A stretch of DNA of 64,000 nucleotides from NCBI GenBank assembly GCA_019429105.1, contig JAHYJE010000008.1, forward strand, positions 2,931-66,930, written 5' to 3'. How positions within the stretch are numbered: the stretch's first letter is position 1; each line of letters opens with the position of its first letter. Source of the stretch: Syntrophobacterales bacterium. Its GTDB lineage: Bacteria > Desulfobacterota > Syntrophia > Syntrophales > UBA5619. Below are positions 21,386 through 31,404 of this stretch, piece by piece. A model generated the notes under the pieces. That model did no database searches and was not told where the DNA came from. It saw only the letters and a list, made by a program, of their open reading frames with translations. The position numbers and the translations under genes were made by a program.

Positions 21386-22840
21386 ATGAAAAAAAAGATT
21401 ATTTTGGGTCTTTCCATCCTTGCCCTGATGTTTTTATTCGGCGGGCTCTACATCTTCAGGACCACGGAAGCGATCAGCTACGATCTGCATCGCATTACCC
21501 GGATGTACCAAACGATGGTTCTTAGGAATAACCTCCTTTTGAGCATCAAGAAAAACCAGGAAAAGATCATTCTCCGGGGCAAATGCTTGGTGCCGGAGAA
21601 TTTGTCGGGTGCGGCCGGCATGGTGGAAATTGTCGAGAGGTGCGTCCTCTGTCATGCCTCTACTCACACACCCACCTACGGGAAGATGATCGCTTTGAAA
21701 GAGGAAATTCTAACCTACAATGCCGCGACGCTTAATGTTTTTGCCGCCGATCCCCTCTCGCCGCTCGCAGGACAGCGGGCGGATGCGGCGCTGACCTTGG
21801 GGGATAAACTAATAGGGACAACCGAGAACATGATCAAGGTCACCAGCATCAATCTGGAGAAGCAGGAGCGGAATGTTCTTCGGAGGATAAACCAGCGAAA
21901 GTTCACCCTGTTCGTGCTGCTTACTATAGGCCCGTTTTTTGCCGTGGGGTTGGCCTTTTTCCTGATCCGCGGGCTGACCAGACCCGTCAACAGCCTGCTG
22001 GACGCCACTCGCAGGCTCAAGGGCGGAGATTTGGAACATCGAATTGAAGGACTGAAGGATGAATTTGGGGAAGTGGCCGAATCGTTTAACGAAATGGCGT
22101 CATCCCTGAAAAAGCAGATGCTTGTCATGCAGCGGACGGAGCAATTGCGGGTCTGCGGGGAGATGTCGGCGGGGCTTGCCCATGAAATCCGGAACCCTCT
22201 TGCCGGGATGAAGGTGACGATCGAGGTGTTGTTGTCGGAACTGACGCTGGAGCCGCAGGACCGCGAGGCGCTCGAAAAGGTGGTCGAGCAGATACGACAT
22301 ATCGAGCTGCTGATGAAGAATCTTCTCAATTATGCCCGGCCGGCGGCAGCCCAGCCGACCAGCGTCGCTGTCAATAAACTCCTCGAGCAGCAGGTATATT
22401 TCATTATGAAGCACCCGTCGTTCGTCTCCGGCAATCCGCGCAAGCAGATAATCAAGGAATTTGCTGAGTCCCTGCCGGAAATTATGGGCGATCCCCAGCA
22501 ACTGCAGCAGGTTTTTCTCAATCTTTTGCTGAACGCTGCCGACGCCGTCCCGGAGGGAGGAACCATAAGGATAACAACAGGGCAGGACACGCAGAAAAAG
22601 ACCGTTTCCATCGGGATCAGCAATACGGGAAAAGGCATTCCTGCCGAATTGATGGCGAGGATATTCCTGCCCTTCTTCACAACCAAGGGGAAGGGCTCCG
22701 GGACTGGTCTGGGATTGGCCGTTTCCAAACGGATTGTCGAAGAACATGGCGGCGTAATTGAGGTTCACAATAATGTTCCTGATGGGGTTACGTTCACAGT
22801 TGCCTTGCCCGTCGGAAAGCAAGTAGAGAGATCAGTATGA
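21386..22840 (+). CDS. sensor histidine kinase (2 TM, periplasmic domain with one CXXCH, HAMP, HisKA, HATPase_c)
   Basis: TM segments at about residues 5-24 and 163-185. CVLCH at residues 86-90 (nt 21641-21655). HAMP LTRPVNSLLDATRRL. H-box GLAHEIRNPL. G-boxes GTGLGLAVSKRIVEEHGG. Confidence 0.85.
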   Translation: MKKKIILGLSILALMFLFGGLYIFRTTEAISYDLHRITRMYQTMVLRNNLLLSIKKNQEKIILRGKCLVPENLSGAAGMVEIVERCVLCHASTHTPTYGKMIALKEEILTYNAATLNVFAADPLSPLAGQRADAALTLGDKLIGTTENMIKVTSINLEKQERNVLRRINQRKFTLFVLLTIGPFFAVGLAFFLIRGLTRPVNSLLDATRRLKGGDLEHRIEGLKDEFGEVAESFNEMASSLKKQMLVMQRTEQLRVCGEMSAGLAHEIRNPLAGMKVTIEVLLSELTLEPQDREALEKVVEQIRHIELLMKNLLNYARPAAAQPTSVAVNKLLEQQVYFIMKHPSFVSGNPRKQIIKEFAESLPEIMGDPQQLQQVFLNLLLNAADAVPEGGTIRITTGQDTQKKTVSIGISNTGKGIPAELMARIFLPFFTTKGKGSGTGLGLAVSKRIVEEHGGVIEVHNNVPDGVTFTVALPVGKQVERSV

Positions 22841-24276
22841 AGAACCATGGACGTATTTATCTCGTTGATGATGACGAGCTGATTCTGGCAATGCTTGCCC
22901 GAACCCTGAAACGTGAGGGCTACGAGGTGCGCACCAATGCCGGTGATGCAAAACTCGTCGAAAGCATCGTCGAGTGGTCGCCGGATGTCGTTCTGCTCGA
23001 TGTCAACCTGCCGGGGCAAAACGGCGTGGAGGCGCTTCAGGTTCTGAAAGGTGAAGCGGTTGCGATGGAAGTCATTATGCTGACTGCCGACGATTCGGCG
23101 GAGACCGCGGTGAGGGCCATGAAGATCGGCGCCTGGGATTACCTTACCAAACCGTTCAACGTCGATGAGGTCAAGATCGTCATCCGGAATGCAATGGAAA
23201 ACGTCAAGCTCAAAAAAGAGGTCGAATATCTCAGAAAAATCAGTTCATCATTTTTTGAGAACGATTTTTGGGGTTTTTCCAAGGCAAAAAAAGAGTTGAA
23301 GGCGAAGGTGGAAAGGATAGCCGAGGCGCATGTCTCCAGCATCCTGATAACCGGGGAAAGCGGCGTCGGCAAGGAGGTCATAGCGCGCAATATCCACGGA
23401 ATGATGCACGGACAGGCTATCAGCTCCGCCAGCCCCTTTATTCCAGTCAATTGCAGCGCCCTGCCGGATACCCTCCTGGAGAGCGAGCTTTTCGGCTACG
23501 AGAAGGGCGCCTTTACCGACGCCAAAAAAAGCAAGAAGGGGCTTTTTGAAGAGGCCGACGGGGGCACACTGCTGCTGGATGAACTGGGCGAGATGAAGTT
23601 GAGCCTGCAGAGCAAGCTCCTGCGCGCCCTGGAGGAGAGAGTGGTAAGAAGAATCGGCGGGCGGGAAGAGAGACCCTTCGACGTGACCGTCGTCGCCACG
23701 ACCAACAGGGATTTGTCCGGAGCGGTGGAAAAGGGCGAGTTCCGGATGGATCTCTTCTACCGTCTCAACGCCTTTGCCTTGAACGTGCCTCCCCTGCGGG
23801 ATCCGGACAGACGGGCGGATATCCTTGTTTTGGCCAACAATTTTCTTGCCTCCTTCGCGAAGGAGTACAAAAAGGGCGTTGAGGGGTTTTCTCCCGAGGC
23901 CGAGAAATTGATGCTGGCGTATGGGTGGCCGGGAAATGTCAGGGAACTCAAAAACGTCGTGCGGGGAATAGTGGTGTTTCATAACATGAAGCTCATCATG
24001 CCTGAACACCTGCCCGTGGAAATCATCGGTTGGGCATATCCCGAGACAAGCCAACGGGAAGAGAAATTCCTTTTGCCGGCGGCGGGGATCTCCCTTGATG
24101 AGGTGGAAAAAGACCTGATTGTGCAAGCGCTTGAAATGACGGCGCACAACAAGGCGAAGGCCGCCAGGCTTTTGAATATCAGTTACGATTCGTTTAGATA
24201 TCAACTCAAGAAATTCGGCTTGGACTGGGGCAGTGAAAAAGAGGCGCACCCCCGGTACATCCCCCGCGAGTTATAA
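22837..24276 (+). CDS. sigma-54-dependent response regulator (NtrC family)
   Basis: REC domain (LVDDDE...DVVLLDVNLPG), AAA+ domain (GESGVGKEVIARNIH, ESELFGYEKGAFTDA, GWPGNVRELKN), C-terminal Fis-type HTH (NKAKAARLLNISYDSFRYQLKK). 4-nt overlap with the kinase gene. Confidence 0.92.
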   Translation: MKNHGRIYLVDDDELILAMLARTLKREGYEVRTNAGDAKLVESIVEWSPDVVLLDVNLPGQNGVEALQVLKGEAVAMEVIMLTADDSAETAVRAMKIGAWDYLTKPFNVDEVKIVIRNAMENVKLKKEVEYLRKISSSFFENDFWGFSKAKKELKAKVERIAEAHVSSILITGESGVGKEVIARNIHGMMHGQAISSASPFIPVNCSALPDTLLESELFGYEKGAFTDAKKSKKGLFEEADGGTLLLDELGEMKLSLQSKLLRALEERVVRRIGGREERPFDVTVVATTNRDLSGAVEKGEFRMDLFYRLNAFALNVPPLRDPDRRADILVLANNFLASFAKEYKKGVEGFSPEAEKLMLAYGWPGNVRELKNVVRGIVVFHNMKLIMPEHLPVEIIGWAYPETSQREEKFLLPAAGISLDEVEKDLIVQALEMTAHNKAKAARLLNISYDSFRYQLKKFGLDWGSEKEAHPRYIPREL

Positions 24277-24412
24277 GAAGTTCCCTAATCTCCGTTAATC
24301 ACAAGCTTGGAAAAGGCCCCGGAGGGAAGGGAGGAGGAGACTCCCCAGCCGGGGCCGGCGGGGAGGGCGCCCCACTTTCATCAGCCACGGTTCAACTTTT
24401 TGCCCCTGGTTT

Positions 24413-24853
24413 TTAGCCGATGACTTCTATCTCATCTTCGGGCTTTATCGTCCCTTCCCGAATAACTATGGCGAAGATGCCCTCGCGCGGCATCACGCAG
24501 TCCCCGACAAGCCTGCGGATCTCGCACTCCATGTGGCATTCCTTGCCAATTTGCGTTACCTCAAGCTCCACTTCGCTTCCCACCCGGAGTCTCGTCCCGA
24601 TGGGGAGATTCATAACCGCAATCCCCACGGTTGTGATATTTTCTGCGAAATCGCCTGGTTGGAGCTGCATCTTAGTCAGCTTTGCCTGGAGCTTATCGAT
24701 GCTTTCCCGGGCAAGCAGGCTTACCTGCCGATGCCATTTGCCGGCATGCGCGTCGCCTATGATGCCGTGATCGATAAGCAGTTCACAGGAGGGGACGGGA
24801 TGTTTGCGGACGCCTTTTTCCGAACTGATATTTACCGCCAAGACCTTTGCCAT
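24413..24853 (-). CDS. MOSC-domain protein
   Basis: 146 aa. ...GIIGDAHAGKWHRQVSLL...PGDFAENITT.G... pattern of MOSC/YiiM-like proteins. Confidence 0.7.
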   Translation of the reverse strand: MAKVLAVNISSEKGVRKHPVPSCELLIDHGIIGDAHAGKWHRQVSLLARESIDKLQAKLTKMQLQPGDFAENITTVGIAVMNLPIGTRLRVGSEVELEVTQIGKECHMECEIRRLVGDCVMPREGIFAIVIREGTIKPEDEIEVIG

Positions 24854-24888
24854 AATCTTCTTTCTTAAGTATATAAAATTATTAAGAA

Positions 24889-25269
24889 CTACTGTTCTTC
24901 GATGATTCGTTTCACAAGCATTCTTATCTGCATGAGGTCGAAGGGTTTGGGAACGAACATGTAGGCATTCTTCTCAATGTTTTCCCTCATGTCGTCGCTG
25001 ATGATCCCCGCGCTCATCATGACCACCTTCGTCGTGGGGGAGACAGCCCTGATTTTTTTCAACACTTCCGTGCCGTCAGTGTCCGGCAGGAAAATGTCGA
25101 GGAAACACAGATGGCAGGGCGAAGAGTTAATTTCCGCAAGGGCGCCCTCACCCGTTTCCGCCGTGGCTACCTCGGCGCCCGCCTCCGTCGCATCTTTCTT
25201 GATGACCTTTGCCAATCCCTGGAGGATCAAGGCATCGTCATCGACGATAAGAATTCGTTTCCTGCCCAT
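24889..25269 (-). CDS. single-domain response regulator (REC only)
   Basis: MGRKRILIVDDDALI..., CFLDIFLPDTDG, VVMMSA, PKPFD. The longer track form starts at a TTG (25326). I prefer the ATG at 25267-25269. Confidence 0.8.
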   Translation of the reverse strand: MGRKRILIVDDDALILQGLAKVIKKDATEAGAEVATAETGEGALAEINSSPCHLCFLDIFLPDTDGTEVLKKIRAVSPTTKVVMMSAGIISDDMRENIEKNAYMFVPKPFDLMQIRMLVKRIIEEQ

Positions 25270-25559
25270 AGCTTTTCCCGATTCGCCGTCTAAAAATAGC
25301 ATTTTCACACGAGCTGTCAACGGCAAAATGCAATTAACATACCATCGTTGAAGAAAACGTAAACTCCAGCAATAATGAAGCCCCGGGGGCGCAGAACAAA
25401 AAATTGGCTCTGCGAGGGGAAGAGATAATGGTTATTTCGCCAAGGCCATCTGGTTATTTAGCCATTTTTTAAGACCGCTGTTCCATGAAAAACGGTAATG
25501 AGTCGAATATTGCCAGGATTTGTCCTGCGGGGAGGGCCGTCCCCTCGGGAATGGATAAT

Positions 25560-26015
25560 TTAGCGATTCAAGCCGACGGTTATGCCGTCCGCCTCGGAAC
25601 CCTGTTCAAGGATTACCAAACGCACGCGGCCGGTCGCGATCAGCCGTTCGCGATCATCCGTTACCTGCCCCTCCCAAACCTGTGAGCGTTTTCCCGCAAA
25701 GACGGGCCGGGCAGTGCAGCGAATGGTTCCCGAGCGCACCGCTCGCAGGAAAGAGGTGGAATTATCCAGCCCAACCGCGCTTTTCCCCTCGGAATAAACG
25801 CTCAGCGCCGCTCCCAGGCTGCATAAAGTCTCGATTGTGGCGGAGTACACGCCGCCGTGCACTATCCCGTACGGCTGAAGGTGTCGCTCATCAACATCCA
25901 ATTCGGCAACGTACTCTTCCGGGGTGGCCTTGACGAAACGAAGGCCCATTAACTTCTCAAAGCCGCCGGCAATTTCGTTGATCATCGTCAGGATATTTTC
26001 AGGTAATTCATTCAT
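25560..26015 (-). CDS. PaaI-family hotdog-fold thioesterase
   Basis: 151 aa. ...LQPYGIVHGGVYSATIETLCSLGA... and a ...GRVRLVIL-type C-terminus. Confidence 0.75.
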   Translation of the reverse strand: MNELPENILTMINEIAGGFEKLMGLRFVKATPEEYVAELDVDERHLQPYGIVHGGVYSATIETLCSLGAALSVYSEGKSAVGLDNSTSFLRAVRSGTIRCTARPVFAGKRSQVWEGQVTDDRERLIATGRVRLVILEQGSEADGITVGLNR

Positions 26016-26096
26016 TATTTATCGCTCCTTGCTTGGCATTTTGAAAATTTCCCGTAAGATGAAACGGGGGGAGCTCTCTACTATGGGAAATATTTC

Positions 26097-26125
26097 TTGA
26101 CAAGCAAAAAAAGCGCCCCTATACC
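26097..26125 (+). promoter_or_regulatory. candidate sigma-70 promoter for rfbC
   Basis: TTGACA (26097-26102), 17-nt spacer, TATACC (26120-26125), 34 nt before the ATG. Pattern match only. Confidence 0.3.
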
Positions 26126-26158
26126 TCCAGCGAAAGCAATACTTCAGGGGAGGAAGAG

Positions 26159-26701
26159 ATGGACGTTGTTCAGACCGGCATTCCGGGGCTGCTAATTATC
26201 GAACCGCATGTTTTCGGAGATGAACGGGGATTTTTCTACGAGAGCTTCAACCAGCGCGTCTGGGAGGAAAAGACGGGACTCAAGACGACTTTTGTCCAGG
26301 ACAACCATTCCCGCTCGAACCATAACGTCCTGCGGGGGCTGCACTATCAGGAAAAACAGCCCCAGGGCAAACTGATCCGGGTTATTATCGGCGAGGTTTA
26401 TGACGTCGCCGTTGATATCCGGAAAAATTCGCCGACCTTCGGGAAGTGGGAGGCGGTTATTCTCACCGCCGAAAACAAACGGCTGCTCTGGATTCCGGAG
26501 GGTTTTGCCCACGGATTTTTGGTTTTATCCGATGTTGCCGAATTTCTTTATAAAACAACTGATTACTGGGCGCCCCAGTACGAGCGCGCCATCATCTGGA
26601 ACGACCCCACCCTGGCTATCGCCTGGCCCCTTCAGGGGGAGCCGAAATTGTCCTCAAAAGACGAAGCGGGCAGAAAGTGGGCCGAGGCTCGGTTCTTTTA
26701 G
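26159..26701 (+). CDS. rfbC: dTDP-4-dehydrorhamnose 3,5-epimerase
   Basis: GLLIIEPHVFGDERGFFYESF, RGLHYQ, QGKLIRV..GEVYDVAVDIR, LWIPEGFAHGF. Confidence 0.92.
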   Translation: MDVVQTGIPGLLIIEPHVFGDERGFFYESFNQRVWEEKTGLKTTFVQDNHSRSNHNVLRGLHYQEKQPQGKLIRVIIGEVYDVAVDIRKNSPTFGKWEAVILTAENKRLLWIPEGFAHGFLVLSDVAEFLYKTTDYWAPQYERAIIWNDPTLAIAWPLQGEPKLSSKDEAGRKWAEARFF

Positions 26702-26726
26702 CCGAATGCCGAGCGGGTGGATAGGC

Positions 26727-26759
26727 CGCCGCTTGGCAGAAGGAGCGGCGTCGTTTTTT
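26727..26759 (+). terminator. rho-independent terminator after rfbC
   Basis: CGCCGCT-tggcagaagg-AGCGGCG followed by TCGTTTTTTG. Confidence 0.7.
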
Positions 26760-26817
26760 GCCAGCAGAAAGACAGCATAACAGTACTTTGTCGGTTTCTC
26801 TTGCCGGGATAATTGCT

Positions 26818-27792
26818 CTACAGGTGGGCCAGGGCATTGCTGATCGCCGCCAGAAAATGACGACGATGAAAGAGAAACGCCCCGACATGGCCGGTGCGAA
26901 TCCATTTTATTGTTGCTCCCGGCCAGTGGGAGTGAAGCAGGGCGGCCGACGCTCGCGGCACGTAGGCATCCATTTTGGCTGCAACAAGATATGCGGCTTC
27001 CGGTTTGCGGGGAGCGGGAAACCTTGTAAGATTTGTAAGATCAAGCATTTCCCTCATAAATTCGATAGCCTTTTCACCTTCGCCCAGTTCCCTGTTCAGG
27101 ACGTCCCAGGCAAGATAACGGCTCAACACCCCTTCCGTGAAAACAACGCTGGCCGAATGGGCGGTAAGGCAGCCGATTACGGCGACCGGCGATTCCTCCA
27201 GCACCGCTACCCTGGCGGCGATGCTGCCCCCCATGCTGATACCGCAAACGCCCAGTTTTTTGTATCCCTCTTCCCGCAGCCAACAAAGCAGGGAGCGCCC
27301 CTCCTCGGCGGCGGCCCCGCCCATTGTCACCAGGTCGCTGAAATGATTAAGCATCTTTTTCTGCTGTCCAGCCGGTCGGCGTTTTCCGTAATAGGGATTT
27401 TCCAGGATCAGCGAACCGATCCCGGATTTTAAGAGCGGCAAGGCAAAAAGCGCGCGGCGTCGGGAAAAACCCTCGTCGCCGGTAGCGGCCAAATGAAGGC
27501 AGATCGGTGTTTCCGGGGATGCATCCGAGGGAAGCGCCAGTTCAAAAAAGGCCTTTTTGCTTGCCTCGGGAAGCGGCAGCGCGTTGTATGGGGAGAGAAA
27601 TGCACCCTGCCGCAGGACAGCCTCCTTCGTCTCCAGCGTCTTTTCCCAGACAACATCTATGGGCCGGGGCGCGCCATTGTCATCGCCTTTTTGCATCAGT
27701 TCCCGCAGGCGCGGCAAGTCGCCCCATCCATCCTTGAAAAAAAGGCGCCGATTGGAATGTTTCGCATAGACGCGGTCAAGAATGCTTGTCAT
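26818..27792 (-). CDS. alpha/beta-fold hydrolase (ABHD18/DUF2048-like)
   Basis: 324 aa. Nucleophile-elbow-like GISMGGSIAA. No closer assignment possible by eye. Confidence 0.6.
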   Translation of the reverse strand: MTSILDRVYAKHSNRRLFFKDGWGDLPRLRELMQKGDDNGAPRPIDVVWEKTLETKEAVLRQGAFLSPYNALPLPEASKKAFFELALPSDASPETPICLHLAATGDEGFSRRRALFALPLLKSGIGSLILENPYYGKRRPAGQQKKMLNHFSDLVTMGGAAAEEGRSLLCWLREEGYKKLGVCGISMGGSIAARVAVLEESPVAVIGCLTAHSASVVFTEGVLSRYLAWDVLNRELGEGEKAIEFMREMLDLTNLTRFPAPRKPEAAYLVAAKMDAYVPRASAALLHSHWPGATIKWIRTGHVGAFLFHRRHFLAAISNALAHL

Positions 27793-27853
27793 CTTTCCAA
27801 TTTCTCCGGGAAGTCTTCCGCCTGCAGCCGGTCTTTCCGCACAGTAGCGTTGT

Positions 27854-28681
27854 TTACAGCGCTGCCCCTGTTTGCTTCAGGGAACTGATCACGGAGCGCA
27901 CCAGGTTTTCCATGCTCACATTGCCCAGACACAGCAGTTTTATTCCCCAGGCTTCCTTAAGAGGCAGGGTTTTCATGATCCGGGAGGAGTCCATCCCCTG
28001 CAGCGCCAGCCCGGCTATTCTCCCGTATAAATCCTCAAGGTACTGCAATTTTTTGCCAAGGAAGTCCTTGCCATTTTTCGGTTTGGGGTGATGCGCGCAG
28101 AAAAGCGCGTCGAAATCCAGGGTAAGCGCCTTCCTCAGGGACTCGATCTGCTCCTTGATGCGTTCGTCGGCGCGAAAATATTTTATATGGCTGGAGAGGT
28201 AAAGATCGCCGGAGAAAAGCCAGCCCTCATCGGGCGCCAGATAGGCGATATGGTCCCGGGAATGACCGGGCGTGGGGATGGGCAACAAACGCAGGCCGAA
28301 TTCCTCCCAGACATCCGGCAAGATTTTGAGCTCGACGGGAGGGGCGGCGCCCCACACCAGGTGCTGGTAAGGCAAAATCCGGGAGGGCCGGGAGAGCTTC
28401 TCTGCCGTAAGTTGCGCCCCGTAAATGGGTATGCCGAAGGTGTCTTTGATGGGCCGGGCGTTGCCGCTGTGATCCTCGTGACAGTGGGTCAGAAGAACGG
28501 TTTTGATTCCTTCTTGCTTAACCATCTCCAGCACCGCGGGCCGCATATGGGACAAGGCGGTGTCTATCAGTACCGGTCCGATCCGGTAGCTGCTTACCGT
28601 CATCAGGGGATGGCCCAGGGGCGACCATCCGAACTCCCAGCCCCGCACCTTGCCGAATTCATGCTTCTTTACAAGCTTCAT
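27854..28681 (-). CDS. MBL-fold metallo-hydrolase
   Basis: LTHCHEDHSGNA (HxHxDH), TPGHSRDH. Confidence 0.8.
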   Translation of the reverse strand: MKLVKKHEFGKVRGWEFGWSPLGHPLMTVSSYRIGPVLIDTALSHMRPAVLEMVKQEGIKTVLLTHCHEDHSGNARPIKDTFGIPIYGAQLTAEKLSRPSRILPYQHLVWGAAPPVELKILPDVWEEFGLRLLPIPTPGHSRDHIAYLAPDEGWLFSGDLYLSSHIKYFRADERIKEQIESLRKALTLDFDALFCAHHPKPKNGKDFLGKKLQYLEDLYGRIAGLALQGMDSSRIMKTLPLKEAWGIKLLCLGNVSMENLVRSVISSLKQTGAAL

Positions 28682-28721
28682 AGCGCCTTTCTGACAATTT
28701 TTTCTTCCCGATTTCGGGAAC

Positions 28722-29543
28722 CTACCATCTGACTATTTCCAGCGGCGCCAGCGGCCGTTTCAGGAAGCTTTCACCAGTCTGCTGAAAACGGTACGGGGCG
28801 TCGGTTACGAAAAAACGATGTTCGGGATTTTCCCGAGGGGGTGCTTCCAGCCCCTTTTCCTTAAGAAGACGGGCGGCCACTTCCGCGACCGCGATCGCCG
28901 AATCAACAAGCATGATTTCGGGTCCCGCCGTTTCCTGGAGCAGCGGCTTCAGCAGTGGATAATGGGTGCAGCCGAGGACAAGGGTGTCTATCTGCCGGGC
29001 GAGAACCGAAGCGAGGTATTCCCGGGCGATCAGGATGGTTGCCGGATGGTCGAGCCAACCCTCTTCGACGAGGGGCACAAAGAGCGGACAGGCCTTTGAA
29101 AATACGCTAATTTCATGATCGCGTCTGTGTATTGCCCGGGTGTAGGCATCGCTTCCGATCGTTGCCGGGGTGCCGATTACCCCGACTCTTTTTGTTTTCG
29201 TGGCTGCACAGGCCATCCCCGCGCCGGCCTGGATGACGTCGAGAACGGGAACGGCAGAGAGTTCGCTGATTGCCTCATACGCGACCGCGGACATGGTGTT
29301 GCAGGCGACGATCAGCAGTTTTACGTCCCTGGCAAGCAGGAATCCGGTAATCTGCCGGGCGTAACCGATAATGGTCTCCGCCGATTTGACGCCGTAGGGG
29401 ACACGGGCGGTGTCCCCGAAATAGATGATTTTCTCAAAAGGGAGGCGCTCCAGCAAGGCGCGGACAACCGTCAGTCCCCCGACGCCGGAGTCGAACACCC
29501 CGAGCGGATTGCCGGTCTTGTTAAAGGCCGCAGCAGATTTCAT
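28722..29543 (-). CDS. murI: glutamate racemase
   Basis: LGVFDSGVGGLTV, YFGDTARVPYG, IVACNTMSA, LGCTHYPLL. I prefer the ATG at 29541-29543 (MKSAAAF...) to the longer form. Confidence 0.92.
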   Translation of the reverse strand: MKSAAAFNKTGNPLGVFDSGVGGLTVVRALLERLPFEKIIYFGDTARVPYGVKSAETIIGYARQITGFLLARDVKLLIVACNTMSAVAYEAISELSAVPVLDVIQAGAGMACAATKTKRVGVIGTPATIGSDAYTRAIHRRDHEISVFSKACPLFVPLVEEGWLDHPATILIAREYLASVLARQIDTLVLGCTHYPLLKPLLQETAGPEIMLVDSAIAVAEVAARLLKEKGLEAPPRENPEHRFFVTDAPYRFQQTGESFLKRPLAPLEIVRW

Positions 29544-29886
29544 CAAACAATTCCCCGCAAAGCATTCAAGCATCCCCCTGCCAAAGTTCCTTCACCCTCT
29601 CTTCGCCCCTTCGTTTCTCCTATACGCTTGTACTTTACGGAGCGGCTTTATCACAATCGGAACGGAGGCACAACGGGACCTTTAAAAAAAGTGCCTGCCC
29701 GGGCCATTTCTGCCGCTTCAAGGGTTACACCGGCAATGAATAATTTTCATCGGCTTCCGGATAAACCTGCATAATCCAAAAGGGTATGGATTTCCTCATC
29801 AATGTACGATATAAACCATCAGGCCCGGCGCAAGCAAAGCGGGGAAGGAACCTGAAGTGTATTTTAATGTAAAACAGAGGTGAAAC

Positions 29887-30360
29887 ATGAAAAAAATTAT
29901 TGTCTTGCACGGGGTTAACCTCAATATGTGCGGGATGAGGGAACAAACCCACTACGGGGATTCCACCCTTGCCGACATCAACCGGCGGCTGGAGGAACTC
30001 GGCGCGGAACTGGGGTGCGGCGTTGAGATGTTCCAGACAAATTCGGAGGCTAAGTTCTGCGAAAAAATCCATCAGATCCATCAGGGAAAGTTTGACGCGG
30101 TTCTGATCAACGCCGGCGCCTGGACCCATTACAGCTATGCGCTGAGGGATGCGTTAGCCATTCTGCAAATCCCGATTGTGGAGGTGCATATGTCCAATAT
30201 CCACGCGCGGGAAGAGTTCCGCCATTTTTCCGTGATAGCGCCGCTGGCAAAGGGACAGATTGCCGGCTTCGGCGTCCAGAGCTATCTGCTCGGCCTCCGG
30301 GCGGCATTCGCGCTGGTTGAGGAACCCCTTCCCGAAACAGGCAGGATCAAACAACCATGA
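29887..30360 (+). CDS. aroQ: type II 3-dehydroquinate dehydratase
   Basis: KIIVLHGVNLNMCGMRE...YG, INAGAWTHYSYALRDA, VEVHMSNIHAREEFRH. Confidence 0.92.
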   Translation: MKKIIVLHGVNLNMCGMREQTHYGDSTLADINRRLEELGAELGCGVEMFQTNSEAKFCEKIHQIHQGKFDAVLINAGAWTHYSYALRDALAILQIPIVEVHMSNIHAREEFRHFSVIAPLAKGQIAGFGVQSYLLGLRAAFALVEEPLPETGRIKQP

Positions 30361-31358
30361 AAGCAGCCGTCCTCCTGGAACCAGGCAGAATTGAAATCCT
30401 CGACGTCCCCATTCCCACCCCCCGCGGGGGCGAAGTTCTGGTGCGCATTGTCGGGGCGGGGATCTGCGGGACAGACTATGCAAAATACAAGGGGGACTTG
30501 AAGGGGAATTTCCCCGTCGTGGCGGGGCATGAAGGGGTAGGCCGGATTGTCGCCCTCGGCCCGGGCGCAGAGGGGAGCAGCGTCGGCGACATGGTGGCGA
30601 TTCAGCCCAATTTTGCCTGCGGAAAATGCGAGACATGCCGGCAGGGGCGGGGAAACATCTGCCCGAACCGGATCAGGCTGGGGCTGGATGTGGACGGTGT
30701 TTTTGCCCAATACGCAACTGCCCCGAGCAGATACGTCTGGAAACTGCCGGAAGGCCTCTCCTGGGAAAGGGCGGCCTTGACCGAACCGCTCTCGGTGGCT
30801 CTGCATGGAATCGCGAAAATGACGCCCTCGGCCGCAGAGCGGGTGCTCGTTTACGGGACGGGCGCGATCGGTCTTCTGTACGTTCAGTTGGCTGTTCTGA
30901 AAGGGGCTAAAGTAACGGCGTTCAATCATTCCGAGGGACGTCTCGCCGCGGCCCGGAGGCTGGGCGCCGAAAAGACGATCAGTTCGCTGCCGCTTTTGGA
31001 GGAGGAAGGGGAAAAATTCACCGTAATTTATGAAACGAGCGGTTCCCCCGCCGCCCTCAACCAGGTCATCGGGCTTGCCGCCCCCGGCGCCCGGATTCTG
31101 CTGACGGGTCTGCCGGAAAGGGATTCGCCGGTCTCAACGGCGCTCATTGCCCGCAAAGAGCTGCTGATAGCCGGGGCGATGACCTATATAGACGAATTCG
31201 CCGTCGCAATCGAGATGCTGCAAGACGGTTCGATCGACTCGGAGGCGATTATCACCAACATATATCCGCTGGAAAATATCCCCGAGGCGCTTGCCGATTT
31301 CCGCTCCCCAGCGCGCATCAAGGACTTGGTGCTGATCGATGCCGGCAGTCAGAAATGA
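30357..31358 (+). CDS. zinc-dependent alcohol/polyol dehydrogenase family protein
   Basis: GICGTDYAKYKG, AGHEGVGRIVALG, C..C..C..G..N.C structural-Zn box (CGKCETCRQGRGNIC), GTGAIGLL. ATGA overlap with aroQ. Confidence 0.85.
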   Translation: MKAAVLLEPGRIEILDVPIPTPRGGEVLVRIVGAGICGTDYAKYKGDLKGNFPVVAGHEGVGRIVALGPGAEGSSVGDMVAIQPNFACGKCETCRQGRGNICPNRIRLGLDVDGVFAQYATAPSRYVWKLPEGLSWERAALTEPLSVALHGIAKMTPSAAERVLVYGTGAIGLLYVQLAVLKGAKVTAFNHSEGRLAAARRLGAEKTISSLPLLEEEGEKFTVIYETSGSPAALNQVIGLAAPGARILLTGLPERDSPVSTALIARKELLIAGAMTYIDEFAVAIEMLQDGSIDSEAIITNIYPLENIPEALADFRSPARIKDLVLIDAGSQK

Positions 31359-31404
31359 AATTCGGACATTTCCGCAAAAACGCTAAATTTGGAGACCTGA
31401 CCCC

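Noticed and set aside
25368-25384. Possible sigma-54 element GGGGCTTCATTATTGCT upstream of the REC-only regulator
   Set aside because: The GG-N10-GC spacing is right, but the -24 half is poor (GGGCTT against TGGCAC) and no upstream palindromes are visible. It is too weak to call without a scoring matrix.
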